DNA of 64,000 nucleotides from positions 62,735,001-62,799,000 of the forward strand of contig NC_083421.1 in NCBI RefSeq assembly GCF_020745735.1. Reading direction: 5' to 3'. Both the position numbers and the translations under genes were made by a program. Each line of letters starts with the position of its first letter. Within the stretch, counting starts at the first letter, position 1. The DNA is from Hemiscyllium ocellatum (Eukaryota). This document shows, one piece after another, positions 37,890 through 48,487 of the stretch. The notes under the pieces are model-generated. The model was given only the letters and a program-made list of their open reading frames with translations. It ran no database searches and had not been told where the DNA came from.

Positions 37890-39300
37890 ATAGGAGCAGA
37901 ATTAGACCATTCAGCCCCTCATGATTACTACACCATTTTATCATGGCTAACACATTTTTTAGCCCCATCTTCCTGCCTTCTCTTTATAACCTTTGATCCC
38001 CATCGTGATCAAAAGGCTATTTATTTCTTGAATACACTCAATGACTTGACTTTCACAGCCTTCTGCAATGATTTTTCAGATTAACCACTCTGAATTGAGA
38101 TGAGGAGGAATTTGTTCAAAAAAAGTCATCCCCTCACTTTAAGGCTGTGTCCCCAGGTCCTAGACACTCTCAATGGAAACATTTTCATTTCCACCCTATC
38201 TAGACCCCTCATTCTACATTTCAAGATCCCCCCCTCATCCTTCTAAACTCTATAGAGTACATTCCCAGAGCTATCCTTGTGATAAGTCCTTTATCACATT
38301 TTTCTTGTGAACCCGTCCTTTGGCAGCACATCAATCCTTTGAAACCAGCCCAAAACTGCTCACAATATTCCAAATGAAGTTTGACCAGAACTTTATACAG
38401 CCTAGCAGTACATCTCTAGCCCTTGAAATTAATGCTAACATTAAACTTGTATGTTAACCTGAAAGGAATCCTGAATTAGGACTCCCCACTTCAAAATTTC
38501 CAAAGCCGTTCCCCATTTAGAAAATAGTTTACACACTTCTACCAAAGTGTATAACTCACTTTCCAACATTGTATTCCATCTGCCACTTCTTTGCCCACTG
38601 TCCTAGCCTATCCAAGTCCTTCTGCAGCCACCCCGCTTCCTCAACATTACCTGTCCTTCCAGCTAACTTTGTCACCTGTGAACTTAGTTTGCCCTCCATC
38701 CCATTGTACGTTATTAATATGGACAAAGGAAATAGCTGTGGTCCCAACACTGATCCGTGCAGATCTCCACTAATCACAGGTTACCATCCTGACAAAGACC
38801 CCTTAGCCCCACTCCCTGCCTTCTGGCTGTCTGTTAGTCAGTCAGTCAATCCTCTATCCTAAGTGAAAGTGAGTACTGCAGATGCTGGACATTAGAACCA
38901 AGAGTGTGGTGTTGCAAAAGTACAGCCAGCCAGGCAGCATCCAAGGAGCAGAAAAATCGACGTTTTGGGTAAAAGCCCTTCATCAGGAATCCTCTATTCT
39001 AATCTTGTCTATAACACCACAGGCTCTAATCTTATTTAGCCATCTCCTTCAGAATTCAGGCGTGTAATCCATCTGGTCTGGGTGATTCATCCACCTTCAA
39101 ACCTTCCAGCTTCTCCAGCACCTTCTCCTTAGTGATGGCCATGACACTCACTTCTGCCCCCTGACACCCTTGTAATTCTGGTACACTATTGGTGTCATCC
39201 ATTGAAGATTGATGCAAACTACCTATTCAGGTCCTGATTATTTCTTGGTTTTCCCCATTCCTACCTCTTCAGCCTCAATTTCCAAGCCAACTCTTGCTTC
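37890..39300 (-). mobile_element. Degenerate CR1-type LINE with a small Penelope-like terminal insert (~38862-38990)
   Basis: GSVLGPQLF and LQKDLDRLGQWAKKWQMEYNVGK remnants. Confidence 0.75.
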
Positions 39301-39836
39301 TTTACAAACATTCTCAATGAGAAAATAGGAAGCATGTTACTAAGTTTGCAGATCACACCAAAATTGGTGGTTCTAGTGGACAGTGAAGGAGGGTATATAA
39401 GAGTACAACAGAATCTTGATCAACTGGGCCAATGAGCAAAGAAGTGGCAGGTGGGGTTTAATTTACATAAGTGTGAAGTAGTGCATTTTGGTAAGACAAA
39501 CATGCGCAGGACTTGCACAGTTAATGGTAGAGACATGGGAAGTGTTGTTGAAGAGAGACTTAAGGAATCAGGTACATACTTCCTTAAAAGTGACATCACA
39601 GAGGGACAGGATGGTGAAGGTGGTGTTTGGCAAGCATACCTTCATTGGTTAAAGCATATGAGCTGCGGTTGTCCAGGACATTTGTGACGCCACTTTTGGA
39701 GGATTGCATACTATTCTGGTCACCCTGCTATAGGGAGTGTTATTAAATTGGAAAGAGTGCAAAGATGATTTACAAGGATGCTATACGGGCTGGAGGGTTT
39801 GAGTTTTAAGGAAAAGCTAGGACTTCTTTCCTTGGA

Positions 39837-41061
39837 CCGAGGTTAGAGTGGTGCTCGAAAAGCACAGCAGGTCAGGCAGCATCCGAGAAGCAGGAAAATC
39901 GATATTTCAGACAAAAGCCCTTCATCAGGAATACAGGCAGGGTGCCTGCAGAGTGGAGAGATAAATGAGAGCGGGGTGGGGGGGTGGGGAGAAAGTAGCA
40001 AAGAGTACAACAGGGGTGGGGATGAAGGTGATAGGTCAGAGAGGAGGGTGGAGTGGATAGGTGGAAAGGAAGATAGGCAGGTCGGACAGGTCAAAGGGAC
40101 GGTGCTGAGCTGGAAGGTTGGAACTGGGGTGAGGTGGGGGAAGGGGAATTGAGGAAATTGGTGAAGTCCACATTAATGCCCTGGGGTTGAAGTGTTCCAA
40201 GGCGGAAGATAAGGCGTTCTTCCTCTAGGCGTCAGGTGGTGAGGGAGCGGCGGTGGAAGCAGCCCAGAACCTGCATGTCCTCAGCAGAGTGGGAGGGGAA
40301 GTTGAAATGTTGGGCCACAGGGCAGTGGGGATGATTGGTGCGGGTGTCCCAGAAACGTTCCCTAAAGCGCTCTGCTAGGAGGCGTCCAGTCTCCCCAATG
40401 TAGAGGAGGCCATTGGGAGCAAAGGATACAATAAATGATATCGGTGGATGTGCAGGTAAAACTTTGATGAATGTGGAAGACTCCTTTGGGGCCTTGGATG
40501 GAGATGATGGTGCAAGTTTTGCAATTCCTACAGTGGCAGGGGAGGGTGCCAGGAAGAGAGGGTGGATTGTTGGGGGTGAGTGTGGACCTGACCAGGTAGT
40601 CACAGAGGGAACAGTCTTTGTGGAAAGGGGTGGGGAGGGGAATATATCCCTGATGGTGGGGTCCGTTTGGAGATGGCGGAAATGTCATCAGATAATGTGG
40701 TTTATGCGAAGGTTAGTAGGATGGAAGGTGAGCACCGGGGGGGGTTCTGTCCTTGTTACTGTTGGAGGGGTGGGGTTTGAGGACGGAGGTGCAGGATGTG
40801 GACGAGGTGCATTGGAGGGCATCTTTAATCACGATGGAATGGAAATTGCAGTCTCTAAAGGAGGCGGCCATCTGGTGTGTTCTGTGGTGAAACTGGTCCT
40901 CTTGGGAGTAGATACGGCAGAGGAATTGGGAATACAGGAGGGAGGGTGGGATGAGGTGTAATCCAGGTAGCTGTGGGAGTCCGTGGGTTTATAAAAAAAT
41001 GTCAGTATCAAGTCAGTTGTCATTTAATGGAGATGGAGAGGTCCAGGAAGGGGAGGGAAGT
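39837..41061 (-). mobile_element. Penelope-like retroelement 3' part (RT C-terminus + GIY-YIG endonuclease + terminal repeat) inserted in a + strand CR1
   Basis: FYKPTDSHSYLDYTSSHP and LLYIGETGRLLAERFRE motifs; 16-bp TSD gacttctttccttgga at 39821-39836 and 41062-41077. Confidence 0.88.
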
Positions 41062-41662
41062 GACTTCTTTCCTTGGAGTATAGGAGGTTGATGGGTGACT
41101 GGATTGAGGTTTATAAAATTAGGAGCACATAAGGTGAATAACAAAGGTCTTTTCCCGAGGATGGAGAGTTTAAAACTAGAAGCATAATTTTAAGGTGAGA
41201 GGAAAAAGTGCCAGGGACCCAGGTTCGATTCCAACCTCAGCCGACTGTCTGCATGGTGTTTGCACGTTCACCCTTTATTTACTTGAACTGCTGTGGGTTT
41301 CCTCCCGGTGCTCTGGTTTCCTTCCACAGTCCAAAAGATGTGCAGGTTAGGTGAATTAGTCATACTTAACACTATGTGCAATTAGGTGCATGAATCAGGG
41401 GTACAGTCAGCGCCAGGGTCAATTCCAGCCTTGGGCGACTGTCTGTGTGGAGTTTGCACATTCTCTGCATGGATTTCCCCTGGATGCTCCGGCTTCCTCC
41501 CACAATCCAGACAGGTCAGGTGAACTGGCCACGCTAAATTGTCCATAGTTGTGAGGTGCATTAGTCGGGGGTGGGTTACTCTTCGGAGGGTCGGCGTGAA
41601 CTTGTGGGGATTCTAATTCAAAAAAGTGGTAAATATCGATAATGAAACGAACGTAAACAAAC

Positions 41663-42035
41663 CTAAGTGATTATGGCACCTGGGGCACGTTGCCACTGTC
41701 CAAGAGTGTCCAGGGAACCAGGAGAACTGCTCCTCCGCCGGCCAGTGTCTGTGTACAGTGGCCTTCTTGAAAGTGAGTACCTGGAAGCGAAGTCCCTGGG
41801 GGTTCTGGAAAAGCTGCACCGGGACCCTGCGCTCGCCGATCACCGTGTCGTTACGCTGGGCTAAAGCCAGGGCGCTGGCCACGAACTTGAGGTCCCGGCT
41901 GGCGGCCACCTCGAAGCCGCATGACCTGCACAGTAAGAGCTCATCTGGGGAACCTCTCTCCTCCTGGCTGGCGTTGTGGCTGCTCACGGCAGGCAGCAGC
42001 CACGCCAACAGCAAAGGCACCAACACCTGCCACAT
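41663..42035 (-). CDS. Secreted cereblon-like (CULT / thalidomide-binding domain only) protein, coding exon 1
   Basis: ATG at 42035; hydrophobic signal peptide MWQVLVPLLLAWLLPAVSS; CRSC, NPQG, FSWFPGHSWTVATCPRCHNHL(G) match the CULT motifs CxxC, NPxG, SWFPGYxW, CxxC, HLGW; donor TTAG|gtttgt in phase 1; upstream acceptor ttttgcag| at 42098 implies a non-coding 5' exon. Confidence 0.92.
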
Positions 42036-42965
42036 CCTCCAGGCCGCTTCTCTGAACTCCTTCAAAAACTTTTATTTTCTTTGGTTCGCCTAGACCCCTG
42101 CAAAAGTGATTTAAAATTAAATATATAAACCCCATTCAGTTCCTAAGTTTTGCCTGAAGCTTCCTCAATGTTATGACACAACTTTGTATCAAATATGTAT
42201 CTATTTTACTCCTCTTTTAACTGTAGCCTCCCCACAGCTGATATTTAAAGGAACAGCACACAGGAGGGGAAAGATGGATCTCGCTGCATATAGGGATTCT
42301 TCAGACTATTTTCACCCCCCTGCTGGCTGGAGGATTCCAATTCATTTGATGGTGCTTGGGGAGGGTTCAAAAGGCTATTCGACCAGTCCTGCCTCTGCTG
42401 GTTCATTTGACCGAACCATCAATTCAGCCTCCCTCACATCCCCTCCATGTTTCCCTGTTCATCTCTTTGGGGGAAAAGGCAACAATAGCTCGTGTTTCTA
42501 AGGCATCTTTCACTGAGGGTTGCTTAAATAACAGCACATAAGCTAGTCAGCAAGTCACCCTTTATTTACTTGAACTGCTGTGCTCTTCCAGCACCACCAA
42601 TCCAGAATCTGGTTTCCAGCATCTGCAGTCATTGTTTTTTACCTTTTATTTACTTGTCAAACAATGTGGCACTGGAAAAGCACTGCAGGTGAAGGCAGCA
42701 TCTGAAGGGCTGGAAAGTCAACGTTTTGGGCATAAAGAATGAGAAAGGGGAAGAAGGCTGAGATAAATAGAGGGGTGGGGGACTCTCCTAATCTTCAGAT
42801 GCTGTGCTTGCCAACACCATACATTTTAGCTCTGACTCTCGAACATCTACAGTCCTCACTTCCTCCTAGTTGCTGAAAATCTTACTATGAAGCCTCTTCC
42901 AAGGGTTTAGATCATAGTGGTGCTGGAAAAGCATAGCGGGTCAGGCAGCATCCAAGGATCAGGAA

Positions 42966-43001
42966 AATCGACGTTTCGGGCAAAAGCCCTTCATCAGGAA
43001 T
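42966..43001 (-). ncRNA. Minimal hammerhead ribozyme motif, intact core
   Basis: ATTC-CTGATGA-A-GGGC-TTTT-GCCC-GAAA-CGTC-GATT. Confidence 0.75.
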
Positions 43002-43069
43002 ACAGACAGGAAGCCTCCAGGGTAAAGAGATAAATGGAGGGTGGGGTCAGGGAGTAGGTAGCAAAAAAA

Positions 43070-43280
43070 AAAGAGTACAATAGGTGAATGGGGGTGGGGG
43101 ATGGAGGTGATAGGTCTGGGGGAAGGTACCAAAGAGTACAACAGGGGAGTGGGGATGGAGGTGATAGGTCTGGGGGAAGGTACCAAAGAGTACAACAGGG
43201 GAGTGGGGATGGAGGTCATAGGTTGGGCGGGGGGAAGGTAGCAAAGAGTACAATAGGTGAATGGGTGTGGGGATGGAGTT
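43070..43280 (+). repeat. ~54-bp tandem repeat (about 4 copies) inside a Penelope-like terminal repeat
   Basis: aaagagtacaacaggggagtggggatggaggtgataggtctgggggaaggtacc repeated at 43131 and 43185 with degenerate flanking copies. Confidence 0.8.
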
Positions 43281-45229
43281 GATACGTCAGAGGGCTGGGT
43301 GGAGCAGATAGTTGGGAAGGGAGATTGTCCCCATGACCTGTCCTACCTGCCAATGCTGAGCTCTTCCAAGTGTGCCTATCTTGAAGAAGTTCTCCTCCTC
43401 TCTCCCACAAGGATCTCAGCAAATCTCTCTCCCCCTGTATTTCTTCCCCCCCAGTCATCTCCTCTGCCCTGAAGTTACTGCTCTCCTGCATCCACCTATC
43501 CCCCAAACCTCTATTTATCTCTCAGTCCACTCTTCCCCCCCCCCATTCCTGATGAAGGATTTTATGCCCAAAACATTAACATTCCTGCTTCTCAGATGCT
43601 GCCTGACCAGCTGTGCTTTTCTAGTACCACACTTTTTGACTCTGACTCCCCAGCATCTGCAATTCTCACTTTCTCTTAGCTCAGAGTCAGTCCTACAAAC
43701 TGAGAAGATTCTAAATCTCATGTTAATTTTTTTTCTTTACAGCAAAAAACAACAGCAAATCTTTATTAAATTTCCACCATCAGGAAGTAAGGAGAAACCC
43801 AAGTGGCCAATGACAAGTAGTGCCCTTCTCCTTTAATATTGGTCAGCTGGGGTTTTCCTGATTTGGTCCTGGTTAACAACCACAATCAAGGACCTTAATC
43901 AATGAGATCCACCTGGTTCCAATCACTACAATTGCCAACTCTATTTGGACATAGTCCAAGAGATTGTTCTGATGAGCACCATGACCCCACACTCACTGTC
44001 TTGATATGTCCATCTGCAATGTGTTATGCAAAAGAAAATTGACAGTTTGGACTCGTGTTACAATTCAGTTTAATAGAGTGCAAGGGGATTTGACCATAGG
44101 CTCTTGAAAGAGCATCAGTGTGCTCATGCCCGCTATTGAGAGAATGTGAGAGAGGACACACCCACTTTTGAGAGACTGTGAGAGATTGGCATGGTGGCTC
44201 AGTGGTTAGCATTACTGCCTCACAACGCCAGGGACCAGGGTTCATTTCCAGCCCCAGGTGACTGTGTGGAATTTACACATTCTCCCTGTGTCTGCATGGG
44301 TTTCCTTCAGATGCTCTGGTTTCCTCTCATAATCAGGTTAGGTGAATTGGCTATAATAAATTGCCCATAATGTTCAGGGATGTGTCGGCTCGGTGCATTA
44401 GTTAGGAGAAAATGTAGAGTAATAGATTGAGAGAATGGATCTGGGTGGGTTATTCTTTAGAGGGTCGGTGTGGACTTGGTGGGTCTAAGGGCCTGTTTCC
44501 ACACCGTAGGGATTCTATGAAACTTACAGCACCCTGAATGACAATGTGAAAAAGGTGCTTACTCTTGTGAACATGGTTTTAAAAGTAGGATTGTTCTTTT
44601 AGGACAGAAATTGGGATTTTTTTCCCCTCAAAGAGTTGTGCAGTATTGGAATTCTCTCCAGAAGGTCAAGCAGCAGCCGAGGAACAGGAAAATCGACTTT
44701 TCAGGCATAAGCCCTTCCTGATGAAGGGCTTATGCCCAAAATGTCGATTCTCTTGCTCTTAGGATGCTGCCTGACCTGCTGTGCTTTTCCAGCACCACAC
44801 TGTGGCCTCTGATCTCCAGTCCTCACTTTCTCTCCTACTCTCCTGACAAGGTGTGAATTATTCAATATTTTTAAGGCAGAAGTAGTTAGAATTTTACTAA
44901 GTAAACATTGAAAACCTTGCAGATGCTGAAAATCAGAAACAAAAACAGAAATTACTGGAAAAGCTGAGCAAGTCTGGCACCATCTGTGGAGAAAAAGCAG
45001 AGTTAACGTTTCAGGTCCAACATTTAAAAGGCATCTGATGGGTATATAAATAGGAAGGGTTTGGAGGGATGTGGACCAAATACTAGCAAATGAGATTAGA
45101 CTAGATTAGGTTAGGATATCTGGTCGGCATGGACGAGTTGGACCAAAGGGTTAAGGTCCGAGATGATCACCTCTATGACTCTATTACCCTTCTTCAAACA
45201 CAATGTGGACCTGTGGCCTCTTTACAATC

Positions 45230-45491
45230 TCGACAGATGACATCACATGGACGAGGGCCCGCCCGCTACCTTCTATTGGTCGGAAATTAGTGATTGACAG
45301 CACAACATGTGATCGCCGTTGTCCAACTGGCGACTGGGTCGCGCGGCTCCAGTTCGGGAGCGCGCTGCGTTTAAAAATATTTCAAACGGCGCATCCGTTA
45401 GTCTGTCAACTGTCTGAAGGGAATAAATGGAGTGGGAATGACCGAACACCACCAGCTTTTCGGGGGGAGAAAGAAATAAAATTGCTGAGGG
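45230..45491 (+). promoter_or_regulatory. CpG-rich promoter/5'UTR of PKN3
   Basis: CpG cluster upstream of exon 1; TGACATCA 45238-45245, GC box-like cccgccc, reverse CCAAT ~45276-45280, TGATTGACAG 45291-45300. Confidence 0.6.
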
Positions 45492-45515
45492 ATGATGGCG
45501 GGGGATTGCAAGCAG
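45492..45515 (+). CDS. PKN3: PKN3 exon 1 (MMAGDCKQ)
   Basis: Short first coding exon analogous to PKN1 MASDAVQ; donor CAG|gtcaga in phase 0, fitting exon 2; directly after the CpG promoter. Confidence 0.7.
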
Positions 45516-45764
45516 GTCAGAAAAAGTTACAGAAACAAAATCAAAAGTTGCTGGAGAGGCTCAGCCAGTCAGGGAAAAATTGCGAATCTGTTCTTAATGT
45601 TTCCTCACTTTACAAGAAGGACAATCCCAGGGAGAGCCCTGTTCAAATGGATTGTTTTGTTTTTAACGGGCAGCGTTCATACTTCAGTGTCAGTTGGTTA
45701 TGGGTTTGAGTCTCCATTGGGAACTCACGGGCACAACAATTGGACTAACGCTCCTATTGCAGGA

Positions 45765-46352
45765 CTGAGGGGGAGCCGCGCTGTCGGAGGGTCAGTGCTG
45801 AGGGGGAGCCGCGCTGTCGGAGGGTCAGTGTTGAGGGGGAGCCGCGCTGTCGGAGGGTCAGTGCTGAGGGGGAGCCGCGCTGTCGGAGGGTCAGTGCTGA
45901 GGGGGAGCCGCGCTGTCGGAGGGTCAGTGCTGAGGGGGAGCCGCGCTGTCGGAGGGTCAGTGCTGAGGGGGAGCCGCGCTGTCGGAGGGTCAGTGCTGAG
46001 GGGGAGCCGCGCTGTCGGAGGGTCAGTGCTGAGGGGGAGCCGCGCTGTCGGAGGGTCAGTGCTGAGGGGGAGCCGCGCTGTCGGAGGGTCAGTGCTGAGG
46101 GGGAGCCGCGCTGTCGGAGGGTCAGTGCTGAGGGGGAGCCGCGCTGTCGGAGGGTCAGTGCTGAGGGGGAGCCGCGCTGTCGGAGGGTCAGTGCTGGGGG
46201 AGTGCCGCGCTGTCGGAGGGTCAGTGCTGAGGGAGTGCCGCGCTGTCACAGGGTCAGTGCTGGGGGGGGGAGCCGCGCTGTCGGAGGGTCAGTGCTGAGG
46301 GGGAGCCGCGCTGTCGGAGGGTCAGTGCTGAGGGGGAACCGCGCTGTCGGAG
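45765..46352 (+). repeat. 33-bp minisatellite, ~18 units (CTGAGGGGGAGCCGCGCTGTCGGAGGGTCAGTG)
   Basis: Direct reading: 13 near-identical units followed by variant units; explains the spurious 268-aa and 174-aa ORFs. Confidence 0.97.
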
Positions 46353-48186
46353 CGATAATGTTTCCAATAATACTTTGTACCAGAAACCTGATTGTGATTA
46401 TGCGTAAAATAAATAGCTGTTTCTGCAAAATAAAATCTTGGTTAGGTAGCATCGTGACAATATTATTGAACTGCGTCGGTGAGTCATCTAGAAGTTCAGT
46501 TTAATGATATACCGACAAGTGCTCAGAGCCCACTGACAATTGGTGACTTGGCTACTGAAGAAAAACTAGTAATGTTGACTGAGTTTACTGGATTGGTATA
46601 AAGGTTTGTTAGATTATTAATGTCCTGCAAGGAAGGAAATTTGTCATTATCCGTTGTTTGTAGAATGTGACTCCACGCCCAGAAAAATGTAAATATCCTC
46701 TAAAATAGCCAAACAAGCTGTTAAATTGTTTGGGGTAGGCAATAAATAAATGCTGAGCTTTGTGGTTATGTGCATACCCAGTTAATGATTTTATTTAATG
46801 AGTTGTTTTCCCTTGTTTACAGGCCAGTATTTATCCCTAAACCAACATTGTTTTAGTAGTTATATTGGCATTACCTGCATCTCTCAGCTGTTGATAGAAT
46901 CTTTCAGTTTTCCTATCAGAGTTTGTTCTTATTAACAGTGACTGCAGTTCAAACACTATCTACTGGCTGTTAAATGCTTTAGATCATAAGATAATGGAAG
47001 TGGCTATGTCAAAAGAAGAACAAAACGGTTTGAAATTCACTGCAGCTTTAGCAGCATCTGTGAAGAGAACAACAGAATTAATGTTTCAGATCCATAGGCC
47101 TTTCTTGAGAAGGAATGGAAATATGTTTTGTTTACCTGATTCCTTATTAGGCCTGAGGAAAATTAAAACTTTCTAAGGTGTTTAATAGGCCATGTGAGAT
47201 GTTGCAACTGTTTAGGCCAAATATTCAGAGGTGCAAGTGGCTTAAATCACTTGTTTATTTCTATTTGATCCTCTGTGAATATATCTCAGCCTTTTGTTCT
47301 AATTTGGAAATTGTTTGGAATAATTGAATGGGGCAATGCAGAAAACAGATATAGCTAAGCATCCCCTGAAAGAGGGAAAAACCAATTATACAGAAGTTAA
47401 TCCAGGCTAATATTTGGGAACAACTTTGTTTTAATCAAATTTTTGAAGGAAATATAGTAAGTGTAACCACACCATAAGTGAATGATGTAAAGAAAAAGAA
47501 ATTGGAATGTTAGGTGTTTAACATTAAAATTATCATTGGTAACATTAGTGACCTAAAACACAAGGAGCAGGAATATGACATCTAATATCTTGGCCTGATC
47601 TGACCAAGATAACTTGAAATTTTAATTCTGTTCCAATATTAAGAGTAAGCTATCAATCTAGGTATCTTTTTAAAGCATTTACTTTACAGTAGGTTATTGA
47701 TCCATTTGGTGCCAACTTTGGCTCACTTGCAAAAACAGGAATTGCGGGAGAAACTTCTGAATGGTTCTGAAGAAGGATAACTGGACTCAAAACATTGACT
47801 GTTTTCTCTCCTCAGATGCTGCCAAGCTTACTGAGTTTCTCTAGCAATATCTCTTTTAATTCGTTTCAGATCTCCAGCATCTGTAGTTCTTTGTTATACT
47901 TGATAACACCCAGTCTGTCAGAAGAATTTAGTGATGGAACAAACCAGGATTTGATCATGTAATCTAACTAGTGTTTTAGGCAATGCTAATATCATTTAGC
48001 TGCATTTTCAGACGTTCTGTCTTTCAGGTCAGACATCATATTAAACCAAACCTCTTTAGCCAGAAGCTAATGATATACTTCAAAATTCAACTGCTCTTGT
48101 TATTACAGGTGCTGCAGTAACTTGCTGAAAATTGCAATTTTATCTGCTGTCATACTGAAAATGTGTAACCATTCATTTACTTTTAG

Positions 48187-48487
48187 AGCAATTCCTACCA
48201 GCTGTTGATCAACCAGAGGCTGGACCTGGAAGAAGGAGCTGATCTCTTGGATCCAGATATACAACAAAAACTTGATGAAGTAAAAGATCTGATTCGACGT
48301 GAAATACAAAAAGAGCTAAAAATCAAAGAGGGAACAGAGAATTTGCGTAAAGTGACAACGGACAAGAAAAATCTGGCTCATGTGGAAAATATTTTGAAAA
48401 CCTCAAATCGCAAATTGAAACGTCTGCATTGGGAACTTCAGGAGCTGAATGCACGAATTATGGTTACAGATAGGGACATTCGGGGAG
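48187..48487 (+). CDS. PKN3: PKN3 exon 2 (HR1a Rho-binding repeat)
   Basis: ttttag|SNSYQLLINQRLDL...QQKLDEVKDLIRREIQKELKIKEGTENLRKVTTDKKNLAHVENILKTSNRKLKRLHWELQELNARI...; |gtgagt. Paralog assigned from DYNC2I2-SET-PKN3 synteny. Confidence 0.92.

Larger units (their letters stand above)
42573..43675. mobile_element. Cluster of Penelope-like terminal repeats in both orientations
   Basis: Repeated gctggaaaagca.agc.ggtcaggcagcatc / ccagcatctgcagtcctcact motifs; TSD ccttt(t)atttacttg around 42573-42641. Confidence 0.7.

Noticed and set aside
36211-42035. Calling the CULT gene CRBN, or a CRBN retrocopy
   Set aside because: It lacks the LON-like and DDB1-binding regions, has a signal peptide and its own intron, and differs widely from CRBN outside the core motifs
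42036-42065. N-terminal extension MKEFREAAWR of the CULT ORF in the ORF track
   Set aside because: It begins at TTG; the first ATG (42035) directly opens the signal peptide
45492-46298. 268-aa and 174-aa repetitive ORFs (LRGSRAVGGSV / STDPPTARLPL)n
   Set aside because: By-products of the 33-bp minisatellite; the + ORF is PKN3 exon 1 read through its splice donor
45765-46352. Possible CRISPR-like array
   Set aside because: Head-to-tail repeats with no unique spacers, in a vertebrate intron with no cas genes
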